A DNA stretch of 50,634 nucleotides, filler included, from Catajapyx aquilonaris (Eukaryota): NCBI GenBank assembly GCA_000934665.2. It is 3 parts of 3 records of this genome, joined end to end, with 100 filler letters (N's around TTAATTAATTAA, not from the genome) between each part and the next. Parts side by side here need not be neighbours in the genome. Positions count along the whole stretch, not along the records: positions 33,846 to 50,634 come from KZ539643.1; 2 more parts are not named here. One strand, written 5' to 3'. The translations under genes were made by a program, and so were the position numbers. Under the pieces are notes generated by a model. That model was not told the DNA's origin. It worked only from the letters and a program-made list of their open reading frames with translations, and did not search any database. Of the stretch, positions 50,044 to 50,634 are shown piece after piece (the first letter of the stretch is position 1; each line of letters begins with the position of its first letter).

Positions 50044-50538
50044 TATACTAAATGGCACAGTTAGCCAGATTTAAAAAAATAATTAATGTGGGCCGATGCC
50101 CCGAAATAACATGTTCATTTGGCCATGGCACGGGTCAGGCATCCAGACGAACTATTCGTCACAGCCCCTTCGGTTGCTTTAGTGCTTTTATGGAAGGGAT
50201 GGTTCCCAGAGGGTGGAAAAAAGGTCAGCCTTTACCATGTTTTTTTTTTCCACATGAAAATTTGTACGTCTTTTGAGTGCCTCTTTTGACACCATGAATT
50301 ATTGCCGGAACGATGCAATGCCGTAAAACGGGTCAGATTGTGCCAGGTGGGGGTGAGTTTGATATTATGAATGTCCGTTTTTCAGTTTATATTTAGCTAC
50401 GTACTGTATATATGCATTAGCATACCGAATATCAGCAGTGTACAAGTTACATATTGTGGTGGTGAAATTATGGTGGTGTTATATCCGGATTCAACCGTGT
50501 TATTGTTGTTGTTGTTGTTATTATTATTATTATTATTA

Positions 50539-50634
50539 CTAGCAGGATACCCGGCGTTGCTCGGGTTATGAAATACTTTTCCATAGGAGTGACCCATTGA
50601 TTTGGTAGTAATCTTTGCAATAATGGGGAAGTGG
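50539..50634 (-). mobile_element. Helitron 3' terminus (reverse orientation) inserted in a (TTA)n tract, running off the window end
   Basis: A|ctagcaggatacccggcgttgctcgggttatgaaatactttt is the reverse complement of 35529-35570. It is absent from the paralogous microsatellite at 41745-41830. Confidence 0.7.

Overview
Eukaryotic, very probably arthropod, genomic DNA. It consists of three pieces joined by 100-nt artificial spacers (N-run with TTAATTAATTAA at 16793-16892 and 33746-33845), so adjacency across the spacers is not proven. Piece 1 (1-16792) holds a tandem cluster of three divergent ionotropic chemoreceptor (IR) genes with uninterrupted coding regions. The first carries a single 2-bp frameshift, and the second has a tRNA-derived SINE inserted between its TATA box and initiator. 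Piece 2 (16893-33745) holds four consecutive exons of proteasome subunit PSMD1/Rpn2 on the minus strand. On the plus strand, apparently inside the large upstream PSMD1 intron, is the first coding exon of a 5-HT2B-type serotonin receptor, which mirrors the vertebrate HTR2B-inside-PSMD1 arrangement. Piece 3 (33846-50634) holds a recent tandem duplication of an intronless MpaB/rubber-oxygenase-like (DUF2236) gene whose divergence is concentrated in one short segment. Around it is a dense, nested set of SINEs, MITEs, Helitron ends, a mariner remnant and long perfect hairpins. No prokaryotic-type system (CRISPR etc.) is present. All family calls come from visual recognition of motifs, not from database searches.
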